DNA of 64,000 nucleotides from an uncultured archaeon (GCA_963782915.1 CAWALK010000018.1:1994-65993); one strand, 5' to 3'; positions 41,348 to 53,135 are shown, numbered from the stretch's first letter. Made by a program: numbers and translations. The notes: generated by a model from the letters alone, not told the origin.

Positions 41348-42304
41348 ATGTCAGAAATATTGCAAGTCTTAGCAATAATCGTACCAATAGTAATAGTCGC
41401 ATATGCATTGCTTTCGTCATTGCGTATCGTTAGGCCAACGGAGAGAGGCTTAGTTGAACGATTCGGAAAATACCACCGATTTGTTGCGGGAGGCATAACG
41501 TTGCTTGTCCCATTCGTTGACCGAATCATCAAAGTCAACATCACCGAACGCATGACTCCCGTACAGCGCCAAGACGTAATCACCAGAGACAAAGTCTTCA
41601 TGGCAGTAGATGCAGTGGTCTTCTACAAAGTCAGAACTGACGAATTAGCAGTGAAGGCATCACAGTACTACGTGAACAACTACGAATCACAAATCGACAC
41701 ACTCGCACGCACTGTGCTCCGTGACATCATCGGCGGCATGGACATGACCGTAGCAAACACATCAAGACCCATAATCAACGCTAAACTCAAAGAAGCACTA
41801 GACGAGCAAACACGCGATTGGGGAATAGAAATCGTCCGAGCAGAAATCAAAGACCTCGAACCCCCAAGAGGCCTAATGAGCAGCATGGAATCAGTGCTAA
41901 AAGCAGACAACGAACGCCAAGCAGCAGAAAAAACCGCCATCGCCCAAGCCACCTTAGCAAGCGGCGCAAAAAACGCAGCTATTCAAGTAGCTGAAGGACA
42001 AAAACAAGCAGCCATCCTCCAAGCTGAAGGCCAAAAAACCGCAACCATCGAAATAGCCGAAGGAGACGCACTAGCAACAAGACTACGCAACGAAGCTTTA
42101 ACAACTTACTTCAAGGATTCAGCTATAACATTCAAGCAACTCGACACAATAACAGCGTCACTGCAGAATAACACAAAAATCATCGTTCCCGAAGGTAAAG
42201 CGCTGTCGCTAATACTAAACGAGCAGGAAAATCTCACCAAAGCCTCATCTATAATCCCGCTGCCAACAACACAGACAAAGCCAGTCACAAAGTCAACTAC
42301 GTAA
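41348..42304 (+). CDS. SPFH/band 7 (stomatin-like) protein
   Basis: GLVERFGKY...QDVITRD...WGIEIVRAEIKDLEPP...AERQAAE. Confidence 0.92.
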   Translation: MSEILQVLAIIVPIVIVAYALLSSLRIVRPTERGLVERFGKYHRFVAGGITLLVPFVDRIIKVNITERMTPVQRQDVITRDKVFMAVDAVVFYKVRTDELAVKASQYYVNNYESQIDTLARTVLRDIIGGMDMTVANTSRPIINAKLKEALDEQTRDWGIEIVRAEIKDLEPPRGLMSSMESVLKADNERQAAEKTAIAQATLASGAKNAAIQVAEGQKQAAILQAEGQKTATIEIAEGDALATRLRNEALTTYFKDSAITFKQLDTITASLQNNTKIIVPEGKALSLILNEQENLTKASSIIPLPTTQTKPVTKSTT

Positions 42305-42317
42305 ATCTAAGCTGCGT

Positions 42318-42737
42318 TCACGCCTTTTTTGCGGTGTGAACGTAGTCTTCTATCATTTTTTCATGCTCAAACGCCAAAGGCTTTGGTAACGAGTTTAAAC
42401 CAAAGAGCTTTATTTCTTGTATTTCGCTGTCCTGTTTTTTGAGTTCGCCGCCGACGGGTTTTACTACAAAGCAGGTGGGGTAATATTCGTAGTCTACGTC
42501 GTCTTTGATACCCTTCTCTACATATTCACCGACTACATAGAGAATCTTGACTTCAAGCCCAGTTTCCTCTTTTACTTCACGGACGACTGTTTGATCTAAG
42601 GTTTCACCAGGATCCATCCTGCCACCTGGCAACGCCCAATAACCCACAAAGGGTCGGGTGTTGCGTTTGATAAGCAATATTTTGTCGTCGGGGTAGGGGA
42701 TTATAGCGGTTGACGTTTTGCCAGTGTATCGTTTCAT
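42318..42737 (-). CDS. NUDIX hydrolase
   Basis: Nudix box GGRMDPGETLDQTVVREVKEETG. Confidence 0.93.
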   Translation of the reverse strand: MKRYTGKTSTAIIPYPDDKILLIKRNTRPFVGYWALPGGRMDPGETLDQTVVREVKEETGLEVKILYVVGEYVEKGIKDDVDYEYYPTCFVVKPVGGELKKQDSEIQEIKLFGLNSLPKPLAFEHEKMIEDYVHTAKKA

Positions 42738-42746
42738 GGTTTAGCC

Positions 42747-43554
42747 TCAGGTTGTAATTTTCAGTCGCCAATTAATTATGAGGGAAATTGCGAAGATGAT
42801 GATGCCTGCGAAGACAACTATTGGTCCTGGAAACGGCACTGACTTGGATTCGCTGAAAAACAGGCTCCATGCAAGAACCCCCGAGAATCCAGCTACTGCA
42901 CCAAAGACTGCGCTTAGCATCGAGTAGCGTTTCATGTGTCCGCTTAAGCTTTTGGCGGCGATGGCGGGTACGATTACGAGGAATCCAACCAGTAAAGTCC
43001 CGACGACTTGGATGCCGATGGCAACTACCACGGATACTAAGAAGAGGTAGAGCAAATTGGTTCTTGCGACATTAATGCCTTTTGAAACGGCTAAGTCCTC
43101 GGATATCATGGCTAAAACCAGCTTGTTATAGATGACTTTTGTGAGTACAATCGCCGCTACACAAACCACCGCGGCTATTCCAGTGCTATAATAGGGTCAC
43201 TTGTGAAATGTCCCCAAAAAGCGCTGCCTCAAGTTGATCCAAACGGTCCCCATAGAGAAGGATACCTATCGCCAATGCCAAAGTGAACATTGCACCAACT
43301 AGTGCTTCAAAAGAAATTTTGGTTGTACGCTGAATCTGCCAAATTATCACGGCTGTGACAAATAAGAAAGCAAATGCACCTATGTAGGGATTGAAGCTGA
43401 AAGTAATTCCTAAAGCCAATCCAGGTAGGGCAACATGGGATAGCGCGTCGCCGACAAGCGCCATCTTCTCCAGCACCATTAATGAACCAAGGTATCCTGC
43501 GGCGACTCCCACAAAAATGGACAGGATTAAACTGTAGAAGGTGGTGTCAAGCAT
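42747..43554 (-). CDS. Metal (Zn/Mn) ABC transporter permease (frameshifted)
   Basis: ALVGDALSHVALPG; VGTLLVGFLVIVPA. Confidence 0.88.
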
Positions 43555-43558
43555 AAAG

Positions 43559-44254
43559 TCAGGCTTCTCCTCTTATGGTTTCGACACAGACTGGTTCACC
43601 GTAAATCTGGCGCTGGACATTTGGTTTAGCTAACTCTGCTGAGGGACCGCAGAAGGTGACGCATTTGTTTATTGCCAACAAGTCATCGGCGTATTCTTGC
43701 ACGATGTGGATGTTGTGGGTTATTAGGAGAATTGTGATTTTGTGTATTGTTTTGATTTCGTTTAGCAATAGGTAGATGGGTTCTTCGCTGTCCATGTCAA
43801 CGCCCGTTGTGGGTTCGTCTAAGAGCAGCACGTTGGGGTTGTCGTTTAGTGCCCAAGCAATCAAAACCCGCCGCAGCTGCCCGCCTGAGAGGACGCCGAG
43901 ACGCTTGTTGAGAATGCTCTTATCAGTTAACCTGACCCTGTCCAATGCGCTTTCTACGTCTATGCCATCGCCCATCGAAAGGAACTCACGCACAGTCATG
44001 GGAACATCCGAAACAGTCACGTACTGGGGAACATAACCGATCTTCACTTTCTCCGTCCACTCAACAGAACCAGTATGGGGCACAAGCTTGAGTAGAGTGC
44101 GGAGAAGCACGGTTTTTCCTGCGCCGTTAGGTCCCAGTATGGCTAATGTGGTGCCTTTGCGCACGTTGAAACTAACGTGCTCAAGTAGGGTTTGGTTTTG
44201 CATTTTTACCCCAAGATTCGAAACCTTCAATATGTAACCATTACCTTCAGCCAT
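43559..44254 (-). CDS. Metal (Zn/Mn) ABC transporter ATPase
   Basis: GPNGAGKT, GYVPQ, LSGGQ, LLLDEPT, ITHN. Confidence 0.92.
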   Translation of the reverse strand: MAEGNGYILKVSNLGVKMQNQTLLEHVSFNVRKGTTLAILGPNGAGKTVLLRTLLKLVPHTGSVEWTEKVKIGYVPQYVTVSDVPMTVREFLSMGDGIDVESALDRVRLTDKSILNKRLGVLSGGQLRRVLIAWALNDNPNVLLLDEPTTGVDMDSEEPIYLLLNEIKTIHKITILLITHNIHIVQEYADDLLAINKCVTFCGPSAELAKPNVQRQIYGEPVCVETIRGEA

Positions 44255-44347
44255 GACCTACCACATTTTGTGTCTGCCATAAACGGCGCATCTAACGCAT
44301 CTAGTAAAGGCATGTGGAGTAGAAAATAAGTTTTTTGAAGCAATTAA

Positions 44348-45989
44348 CTACTTAGCAGGCAATCGTCTGCTTAATTCTGATGCTTCGCGTTCTGTGAGCC
44401 AATCTGACTGCCGTAGGGTCACCAAGCCTCGCTGTGCGTTGAGGCAATACGCGCTGTTTTTTAGCAGGTTGCTTTTTTCTCCGAGGCTCCAGAGTTGCCC
44501 TTCGAAGGCGCTGTTCTGGCGTGTGAGATCTTCGGTTTTGGCTATGAGGGTTGCGAAGGTTTTGAATCTGGGTGTTAGGAGATTTTTGGTTTTGGATACG
44601 CCCAATGCGCCTTTGAGTTTGGCTGAAAAATCAAAAGTGCTGATGAGGGAGGGTGGAACACATATGATATCGTCTATTCATGCCTGCTTCATAGCAGACC
44701 ACATAGAAGGGCACATAGACCAAAGCAGGGCTTTTTAGTTGCTGCTCACTTACCCCTAAGCCATCAAAAACTGCGCTAACCGCTTCCCGCAGCCGCAAGC
44801 TTCTATCGATTCCTTCGACAATGGGTTTCTCGCATGCAACCAATCTGTTGCTTTCCAGCTTATACGCAAGCGTTTTTTCTTCCCGTGCGGCTTCAAGTTC
44901 AACTATGGGCTGACGGGCTAATTTCAATTCAGCATCCAACTCGAAAGTAAGCTTCGATAAATCAGCCGCTTTTTGTTTGCTGACTCGGTTAATGTTGTTT
45001 TCTGTATTTTTTAGTTCCTTCTTTAGCCCCGCGAGCTCTTTTTCTGCAAGCTTAATCTTATCTTTCCAACGCTTCGCATAGACTTCATGCCCCCGTTTAC
45101 CCGCCGCCTTCGCGCTACGCTCATACTCTTTGATGTCAGATTCGGTTGCTGCGATAAATTTTTCTGTTTTAGCTTTGAGTTTTTGGAGGCTTTCAAGCTC
45201 TTCGTCAAAACTCACGGTTAAATCCTTGATTTTTCGGCTGTATTCCCTGTTAAGTTTGGCGATTTGGGGGTTGATGAATTCTTGTTGGGCTTTGATTTTT
45301 GCGTCTGCCTCTTCTTTGGCGGCGACGGCTTCATAATCAATCTCTGTGACATATTGGTTGGTTGTTTTTTTCATTAATCTGAGGCATTCGGAGAGTTTGG
45401 CTGCATCTTCAGCTTGGTAAGCTACGAGTTTATCGAGTTCAGAGAGGTTTGCAGAGATAGCTTGTGCCTCAAGAATAGGCAACAGCAGAGCTGAAGGGGT
45501 AGTTAATTCTGTGGCTTCTTTGCGGTAAAGACTGAATTCAGCCCTAAAATCGATGTTCACAATTAAACCGCGGAAAGTGAACTGTTTGGTTTTAGAAGGC
45601 TGCAAAAAATAGCCGCTATGGTCACAAAGGAACGCAAGGTAGGATTCCCTGGGGTTCTGATAGGTTTGCAGGCTATTCATGAAAGCGGATGCGGAGGGTG
45701 CCTCGTCATAAGAGAGGCTGTGGCTGTAACCGTCTAAGCCATCAAAAATCAACGCAGCATTATTTTTGGGAAAAAGCCAAAGGGGGTACCCGATTTTGGC
45801 GATGAATCTGAGTGTCTCTTGGGGTTGCCGATTGATTAAGCCGCCGCCTCTGCTTCGGTTCTGCTCTGCAACCGCAAAAACCGCTGCTGCCTCAACCTCG
45901 GATTCCCTGCTTTTTTGGCTAGAGAACGGTAGAAGGAGGCGTTTGGTTGCAGTGGTTAACATTGAACTCAGTGAAGGTATAAAGGGCAT
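44348..45989 (-). CDS. Coiled-coil hypothetical protein (frameshifted)
   Basis: Long ORF 44631-45989 with coiled-coil core, continuing in frame 44348-44605. Confidence 0.6.
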
Positions 45990-46198
45990 GCTTTTTTAAA
46001 ATTATCCCAAATCAGCGCACTAAAGCCCCCAACAAGACTGATGCAGATGTGCACCCCAAACAAACGATTCTCAATAACCATTGCAAATATACAGTGCCAA
46101 CTCAATGAGTGCAGGCTGGTTTAACGGATTAACCTGCATATGTTTATCCTATAAATAGGGGAGGGGGTCTCTTGGAGAGCAACAAATTGAGGCTCGAC

Positions 46199-46663
46199 TT
46201 ACTTCTTTAGTTCTTTTTTCATTGCTTCTGCGAGTAGCTTCCACATGTCAGAATCGCCCCTGCAAAGCTCTTCCGATAGCTCTTTGAGGTCTTTTTGCGT
46301 AAAGTTCTCATTATACTCGATGTGGAGGGCATTAAAATCCAGACGAGAAGCGCCTTTGCCTTCAGCGGTGATTTGGTAGATGAACTGCGAGTACTTGATT
46401 GGACCAGACACATGCGTTGAAACCCACATTAACCGATCTGGGTAGAGATGCACAAGCTTTTCTTTTTCAATGGTGCCGTTGTTCGTTGGAAAGATTTCTT
46501 TAAGCATTACTGTACCCTCGGTTAGTCTTGTAACTGTGCGTTTTGCGTCTTTGTGACCCGTGAGGGTGTGGTCGTCTGGCTGATAATCGGTGCACCACTC
46601 ATAAGCCTCCTGGGCGGAAACACGGAACTATTGACTGAAACTATAACGAACTGTATATGGCAT
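46199..46663 (-). CDS. SRPBCC-like protein with in-frame TAG at codon 12
   Basis: ATG at 46663 is in frame with ORF 46199-46507; TAG at 46630-46628; AQEAYEWCTDY. Confidence 0.5.
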
Positions 46664-46700
46664 AGGGCTTTCTTTCCTTAGCCTCAAGGAACAGAACCTT

Positions 46701-48070
46701 CTATATTACAATTCCGCAACTGGACGGTTTGGCAGAGAAGAAATCGCTTATCCGCCTCTGAAACAGCGCCTTCTGCAACAGTTGACTCTGGCTAATCCAA
46801 CGCGGCAACGCAATCTCAAATTTGCCGCTGATAAACTGCAGCGACTGCGCTAAGGTGTTGAATTTGTAGGGTTTCTGGCGCATGGCATTGCGCACGTTTT
46901 CTCTGTACTTGCCATACACCGATGGGCATGATGTAGCCTGGGCGGGCTTCGCGCAGCACTATTGCGGTTGCTTGACGCCGCTCCTTTAGGAGCAACTCGC
47001 AGACGGCTAAGCGTGCGCTGTAGTAGCAGCCGCCGATAGCCGCATAGGTTGTGCGCCCGTTGTTGCCTTCCCAATCGCTAGTAGATGGCGACGCTTGAAC
47101 CGTTAGGATTCCAAACCGTGCCCGGATACCACGCCTCCATGGATTCGTAGCTCCATTGCCCAGGAATCAGCAGGATTTCGAAGACGTTGTCGAGGTAGAC
47201 GGATTCGTAGACTCGGTACTCGTTGATTTCGGGAAAGGTTTTGACTTGGGAGACGAGGCTCTTGGAGATAGTGTCATCGACAGCTGTGATGCTCCATCTT
47301 GTCGGAACCAGGCGACGACGTTTTTCAACTCCAAACGCGCCGACGCTAAAAGCCTTCTGAATCTTAGTAACCGTAACACCCGATTTATAGAGGTCCACTA
47401 CTGCATTTGTCGCTCGCAGGTCGGTGTCGTAGTAGGCTTTTTCGATTTTTTGGTCATAGCGTGCATTGCCTACATGGAGGTCGCGGATGGGCGCTGAGGG
47501 ACCAAACGGCTGCACATCGTCGCTAAGAGTTATGGAGCCGCGGGGTTTTTTGGTTAAGTTAAGCTCGGTATCTACGCTGCTGTCGGCAAGTGCTAATTCG
47601 CGGGTTTGGTCGAGGATTTTGCCTGCTTCATTGATTTTTGTTACGTTAACCATGTGTTTGCCGCGTATGAGCAGGCTGCGAAAACCGACGATTTCATCCA
47701 TGGATTTGCCGAACCATTGCTCGGGCAAGTCAAAGATGCTTGTATCCTCATGGACAGGCGGAACTAAGGGTCCGATGTAGACGTTGGGGTAGCCGATTCT
47801 GCCTATGAAAACACTGGGTGGAGAGACGCCGTTGATGTTTTCGCTGTCCATTAGGGGGACGCTTTTGAGGAAATAGTTGACTTTAACCATGATTGGGCAG
47901 CGGGTTTTGCCGCATAGCATGCGGGAGCCTTTGCAGAGTACGCAGAGGCTGTTGCTGTTGCGTGTGACGACTTGCTGCTCGATTGCGTTGCTGTTGACTT
48001 TTTTGATGATGTCCATTAACCAGTTATCAGGGTTTGTCGTGTTGACAGCGGGTTTTTGGGTTAAAGCCAT
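46701..48070 (-). CDS. nreA: NreA DNA repair protein (frameshifted)
   Basis: CVLCKG...LCGKTRCP, RRRLVPTRWSITAVDD, C-terminal PIP-like QRRISDFF. Confidence 0.85.
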
Positions 48071-48246
48071 ATTCCAAAGTAGTTGGGTGCGCTGGGTGTA
48101 TATCTTTTCTGCACATGTTTAGCTAAAAACGCTTGTGCTCGGGGTTGTCTGCGGGTGATATTTCGGTTTTCGATGCATATCAAACCGCGAAGTCTATCTT
48201 ATATTAACTGTCACGACACAAAGGGGAGAAGTTCAGGAGAAAGAAC

Positions 48247-49269
48247 ATGAAGAAGGCTTCAATCTACCCCCTATCGCTGCTGCTTGCAGTAACAATAGCA
48301 ATTTCAGCGTTCGCAACGGTTGGTGCAACATCAACCGTTTCAGTCTACATAATGGACCCCAATAACCCAGCTAACGGAGGCAAAGGGCTCCAATCCAGCG
48401 GTTACTGGGTCGGGCAAATCCCCATCCAAATAACAGGGGGCTCCACAGTTTTCCAAACACTCAGTTACTGCATGAACTTTGACTTATCGATTAACATCGG
48501 CGGAACCTACTCTGCCAATTTAGCAGCCGCCACTGACAGTGCCGAATGGCGGGCAGTCAGCTACTTGCTAACATGGAACAATCCAACCACAAACAATGAA
48601 GCGGCAGCATCCCAAGTTGCAGTCTGGAGATTACTCAATCAAACCAGAGGAACCAACTATTTCCGCGAAAGCTGGCTTAGCACAGACATCGATAATGCAG
48701 GCAGCGCCTTAGCCACAGCTGCATTGGGCAAAGACGTCGTGCGGCAGGGCGACATATTCAGTTGGGTCTCACCCATCACAGCCAACATGTCAACCACACA
48801 GGCTATTCCAGGACAAACCGTAACCTTCATTTCACAACTAACAGACTCCGTGGGTGCGCCAAGAGCAAACGTCAAAGTACTATTCAATGCCACACTCAAC
48901 ACTGGCAGCCAATCAACACTGCTAAATTCAACTTATGTGTCAGCCGCCTCAACATACACTGATAATCAGGGACACGCTCAAGTCAGCGTAAGAGTACCAT
49001 CAGACACAGCGCTTGGCGCAACAATCGCAGTTGAAGGCGCAACACAGAGCATCTGGCCACAAAGATACATAGACGTAACCAACCCCTCAACACAGGACCT
49101 AATCGGAGTCGGCGACACCTTCCAGTTGACACTATCAACCAACGTTTGCCTATTGGGATTCATCACGGTGCTTCCTGAATCACCCATCGGACCCATTGCT
49201 GCCATCGGAGCATTCGGCGCCGGCTTTGTCGTCTGGACAAAAATGAAAAAGAAAGCCGTTAAAGAATAA
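48247..49269 (+). CDS. Surface protein with thioester (TED/TQXA)-type motifs, Ig-like insert and PEF-CTERM-like anchor
   Basis: Signal peptide; YCMN (C75); SQVAVW (Q123/W127); beta-sandwich; TQDLI (Q283); VLPESP-TM-KKKK. Confidence 0.65.
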   Translation: MKKASIYPLSLLLAVTIAISAFATVGATSTVSVYIMDPNNPANGGKGLQSSGYWVGQIPIQITGGSTVFQTLSYCMNFDLSINIGGTYSANLAAATDSAEWRAVSYLLTWNNPTTNNEAAASQVAVWRLLNQTRGTNYFRESWLSTDIDNAGSALATAALGKDVVRQGDIFSWVSPITANMSTTQAIPGQTVTFISQLTDSVGAPRANVKVLFNATLNTGSQSTLLNSTYVSAASTYTDNQGHAQVSVRVPSDTALGATIAVEGATQSIWPQRYIDVTNPSTQDLIGVGDTFQLTLSTNVCLLGFITVLPESPIGPIAAIGAFGAGFVVWTKMKKKAVKE

Positions 49270-49279
49270 GCGGCGGATT

Positions 49280-49858
49280 CTATTTTTCGTAGAACCGCTT
49301 AGTAATTTTCTTAATCAACGAATTGAGTTTCTTGGGCAACTTGGGTTTTATTTCATCTACCTTACGCAAAACAGTCGGCAAGGGTATGCGGGTTACGTTA
49401 GCATCGATGACTTTTAATTCGCCGTTTATCCATCGCAGATTATCGGCTTTAACATCGAATATGCCGTATTTGTAGATGGCTTGGCGAACGCAAGTCAGTT
49501 GTTCTTTGGTTACGGTTGCTTTGACGCCGTATTCTTGTAGGAGGCAGTATTTTGTGTGCCAAAAGATTCTGGCAAAAAATCTGTGCCGCACATGCTCAGG
49601 CACCCGCTTGTAAGCTCTATGGTCGAGTTCGATGCTTTTTTTTGGCCCCACTTTGAGCACAACCTTATGGTCTATTGTGCGGTTGCCGAAAACGACTTTA
49701 TGCCAGCCGCTGCTTTCAAAATAAAAATCGGGGTAATTCTTTGAAATAAGCTTTTCTAACTCCTCGGAGGATAGAAAAACGCACCACCGCGGGCATGTGT
49801 CGGCGTCTATTAAACGGTCAATATGCTTGGCTTCGTGATGGAGTTCTCTGTACTTCAA
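49280..49858 (-). CDS. Minimal protein-kinase-like fold protein
   Basis: SSGWHKVVF loop, VVLKV, DVKADN catalytic-like loop, KVID. Confidence 0.55.
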   Translation of the reverse strand: MKYRELHHEAKHIDRLIDADTCPRWCVFLSSEELEKLISKNYPDFYFESSGWHKVVFGNRTIDHKVVLKVGPKKSIELDHRAYKRVPEHVRHRFFARIFWHTKYCLLQEYGVKATVTKEQLTCVRQAIYKYGIFDVKADNLRWINGELKVIDANVTRIPLPTVLRKVDEIKPKLPKKLNSLIKKITKRFYEK

Positions 49859-49940
49859 GGCTGATTGCTCAAAAACATCGTCTAATTAAACAAAGAACAA
49901 GCGAAATAAATAAAGTAAGATTGATTTGAGTGAAGAGAAT

Positions 49941-50018
49941 TGGCGCCCAGGCCGGGATTCGGACCCGGGTCCTGCGGGCGACAGCCGCATATACTGGACC
50001 TAACTATACTACCTGGGC
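49941..50018 (-). tRNA. tRNA-Asp (GUC), CCA encoded
   Basis: Acceptor GCCCAGG/CCTGGGC, anticodon loop CTGTCGC, T-arm CCGGGTCCGAATCCCGG. Confidence 0.96.
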
Positions 50019-50135
50019 AAACTGATGCGCCGCAACAATACACGATAATTTGGTTAATTAAGCTTTCCCGAGAATTAAGCCCTCAATATTGCAGTAAACC
50101 AATGGTAACTGCCACTTATCGACCGCTCTGGTGAC

Positions 50136-51378
50136 TTAGACGAGGACGCTTGCGCCTGGAAACTTGTTAATCGCCACCACACCAATCAGATTGACGATTA
50201 CGCCTATGATGATGAGCACTTTGTGGTACCATTTCAGGTTCCCGCCCATACCCCGCACGGTCAAGAGGAACAGAAACGGGTAGAAATCCACGGCATATCG
50301 GTAGCCAAAACCCCAGCCTGTAGCGGCGTTAGTAAATATGACTGCGGCTATGCAAAAGACGGCTAGCCAACTCCACCATGTAACGGAATCTCTGATTTTG
50401 GATTTCAACGCAAAGATAAAGGCTGGTGTGGTGAACCAGATTGCCATGCCACTCATGGGAAACTGAACGAAAGGCGCATTAGCAGTCAGCATTGGTAGCC
50501 CCAGCAAAAACGGCTTCAAGTTGTCGGTGATGTAAAGCAGACTGAAGTGGCCGTGGCTAAACCATGGTTCATCCAAAACGCCGGGTATCATCCAGTAACC
50601 GACGGGAAAGATAGTGCCGTATCGGACAAAGTTGTAGATGAATTCCAACCCTACAAAGACAGCCATACCAGCTGCCAATTTCAAGAGGTAAGGCAGGGCA
50701 GACTTGAATTTATTTTTCCACTCGGCATTCTGTTGCTGCGAAATCGCCAATCCCACAAAAAAGAAGATGCCCAAAGCGGTTGGGAGTCGGCACCAGAAAG
50801 CCGCACCGACAAGCAAGCCTATGAGAAGGGGACGGTTTTTGTTAAAGCACTCATAAATTGCCAATAGCATGAAGAATGTGGCGATGACTTGCGCGATTAA
50901 CCAGACGGAGCCGATGCTTGCTAAGTACCAGAAAATGGTGCCGAAGCCGAAATAGGACAGCAAACCAGATGTAAGTTGATTTTTTGGCAGCGTTGGCTTG
51001 CTTGGTTTTAGCCAATACACTTCTTGCCACAAGATAAGCCAATGGTACTGTGGCGGCGGCGAAGAATATCCCAAACAGGGTCTGGTTGAGTTCTAAGCCG
51101 AAGATTGCTACAAACGGCACCATCAACACCGCCGGCAAGGGTGGATAAACAACGTAGTAGCCTATTCCGGCAGGGTTAGGTATGAGTTCATTTAGCCAAC
51201 TGGGATTATCCAGCAAATAGAGACGCCCGTGCAGAAAAGCATCCGCCAGTCGCACATAATAATTGTAGTATGTAGCGTGTCCCTCGCCTGTTAGCCAAAA
51301 AACGATGAAAGCAACTACGAAGAGCACGATAAGTATTAGGAGGGTTTTGGTGAGGCGAGAGTGCAGTTTGCTTAGCAT
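50136..51378 (-). CDS. Multi-TM GT-C-like glycosyltransferase/membrane protein (frameshifted)
   Basis: YVVYPPLPAVL, many TM helices, GFGYRYAVDFYPFL. Confidence 0.55.
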
Positions 51379-51512
51379 GTGCTTTCAGGTTGCTATTTGG
51401 TGCTGGTTGATTTAAAACTATTCCGAAATCGAAAAACCAATTTGCCAAAGAATACGGTTGGGTTGTGCTTGCTGGGCAAATATTAAAATAATTTAGCCCT
51501 CAAACAGTAATT

Positions 51513-51929
51513 ATGGCAACTTCTAAACAAGCAGGGCTTGGTTGGACTTTTAGACTTCTTATGCTTTTTGTCGCAGTCAACATCATCGGAGACGTAGGCA
51601 ACGTCATATTCTGGTGGGTTAACCCCGACTCGCGCGCTCTCTCGCTCAATACAGGCATCATCGGTGCAGCAGCCGGTGCGGATGCAGCTCTCATCGCGGG
51701 CACAGTTATATTGTTGATAGTTGCGGCAGTCTACGCAGTTGGATTGTATGGGTTAAACAAGAAGCTTCAGTGGGCTCCACTGTTAATCATCGCCATATCC
51801 ATCGCTAACCGTGCACTCGCATTAGTGCTCTACTTGATCAGTCCAGCGTTTGCGTTCTGGGCAGTCTGGACAATCATACTGGTAGCGCTTTCGTATCTGG
51901 TTTGGCGAAAAATGAAAACCAAAGCCTAA
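51513..51929 (+). CDS. Membrane protein (4 TM)
   Basis: Hydrophobic helices, basic C-terminus. Confidence 0.6.
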   Translation: MATSKQAGLGWTFRLLMLFVAVNIIGDVGNVIFWWVNPDSRALSLNTGIIGAAAGADAALIAGTVILLIVAAVYAVGLYGLNKKLQWAPLLIIAISIANRALALVLYLISPAFAFWAVWTIILVALSYLVWRKMKTKA

Positions 51930-51934
51930 CTGCA

Positions 51935-52426
51935 CTAAGCAGTGGTTTTGGGCGGCGCTTGATGCTTCTTACCTGACATGTAAGAGATATCTATTCTGCC
52001 AATCGTTGTTTTCTCTACTTTTTCAGGCTTAATTTTAGATAGCCTTGACTCGGGATTTATGGCAACTTGGCGAACAAGCATCTGCAATCCATGCCACTTC
52101 TCTTTCGGGTCAGTAACTAAGGTCATGGTGCCGCTGAAGTGAACAGACGTATAAGCGTAGTCGCATTCGTCGGTTACACCGAAATCCTGCACTGCTTGCC
52201 CCCAAACATGGTTGTTGGCTTGGGCGTAGACGAGTTTTTTGCCTTCAGGTGCACAGTGGAAATAGAGGCAGTTACGTTCTGGGTCATAACCGTGGCTTAA
52301 AGCGACGAGGTAGGGTTCGTTTTCTCTGCAAAGCGCAACGGTGACGTATTTTGTGGCTTTTAGAACTTGACGCATTTCGGCGGGGTCGGTGATTTCTCGT
52401 TCTTTTCGTCTAACATGAAATGACAT
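51935..52426 (-). CDS. Pyridoxamine 5'-phosphate oxidase-like flavin-binding protein
   Basis: VRRKEREI...EPYLVALSHGY...LYFHCAPEGKK...YTSVHFSG...ISYMSGK. Confidence 0.88.
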   Translation of the reverse strand: MSFHVRRKEREITDPAEMRQVLKATKYVTVALCRENEPYLVALSHGYDPERNCLYFHCAPEGKKLVYAQANNHVWGQAVQDFGVTDECDYAYTSVHFSGTMTLVTDPKEKWHGLQMLVRQVAINPESRLSKIKPEKVEKTTIGRIDISYMSGKKHQAPPKTTA

Positions 52427-53135
52427 ATTTGAGATTAGAGGGTGCTGAGGATTTATTGTTTGCTGATTGGGGTTTTTGAGGAAACGTTAAATCAACCGCT
52501 CGATAAAGCTAGAATTGGTGTATCGTATGGATGGTAAAATTAAGTTTTTAACTATTTTATTGGCTGCTTTATCTAGTTAGTGCCGCCACAAGTTATGCTA
52601 CAACTTCACTTTATTTGACAAGTATCTACCGGGACAATCGTCTGGAACTGGCAACCAAGTTGATGTAAACAATTTACCCCCGAGATGGTGCAGCAGATAT
52701 CCGATGAAATCGTGATGGAATTAACTAAAGCACAACATTTCACTACCCTTTGAAGTGGATTACTAATGGCGGCAGCGACTCTTTGTAAAAGTGCATAGTC
52801 AATAACATTCGAGAACCTGACGATAACATTTATCAGTACACGAGTATAAGCTGATGGAGTCAGTACATATTGAAAGTATTGACTATGGCGCATTCATTCC
52901 TGCTTGGGGCGAGGCGTAGTCATTAACTTATGGTGAAGTCACCTGAATTCATACTATCGAGTTCCATACAGCGTGCTTGAACAGTGCACAGAAACAACAG
53001 TGAACAGTAATGGCTGCAGATAGTCTTTGAGGGTAATCCTCAACTTGAGGTTCTTGGAGTATTCGGTTACGTCTAGTAATGCTTAATGCCCATTTTTTGG
53101 TGCTTCTGGATCTTCGAAAAGCCTTAAGTTTGTTT

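Noticed and set aside
52590-53130. Possible gene(s) between the flavin-binding protein and the membrane protein
   Set aside because: Only short ORFs with stops on both strands and no recognisable motif; cannot be supported.
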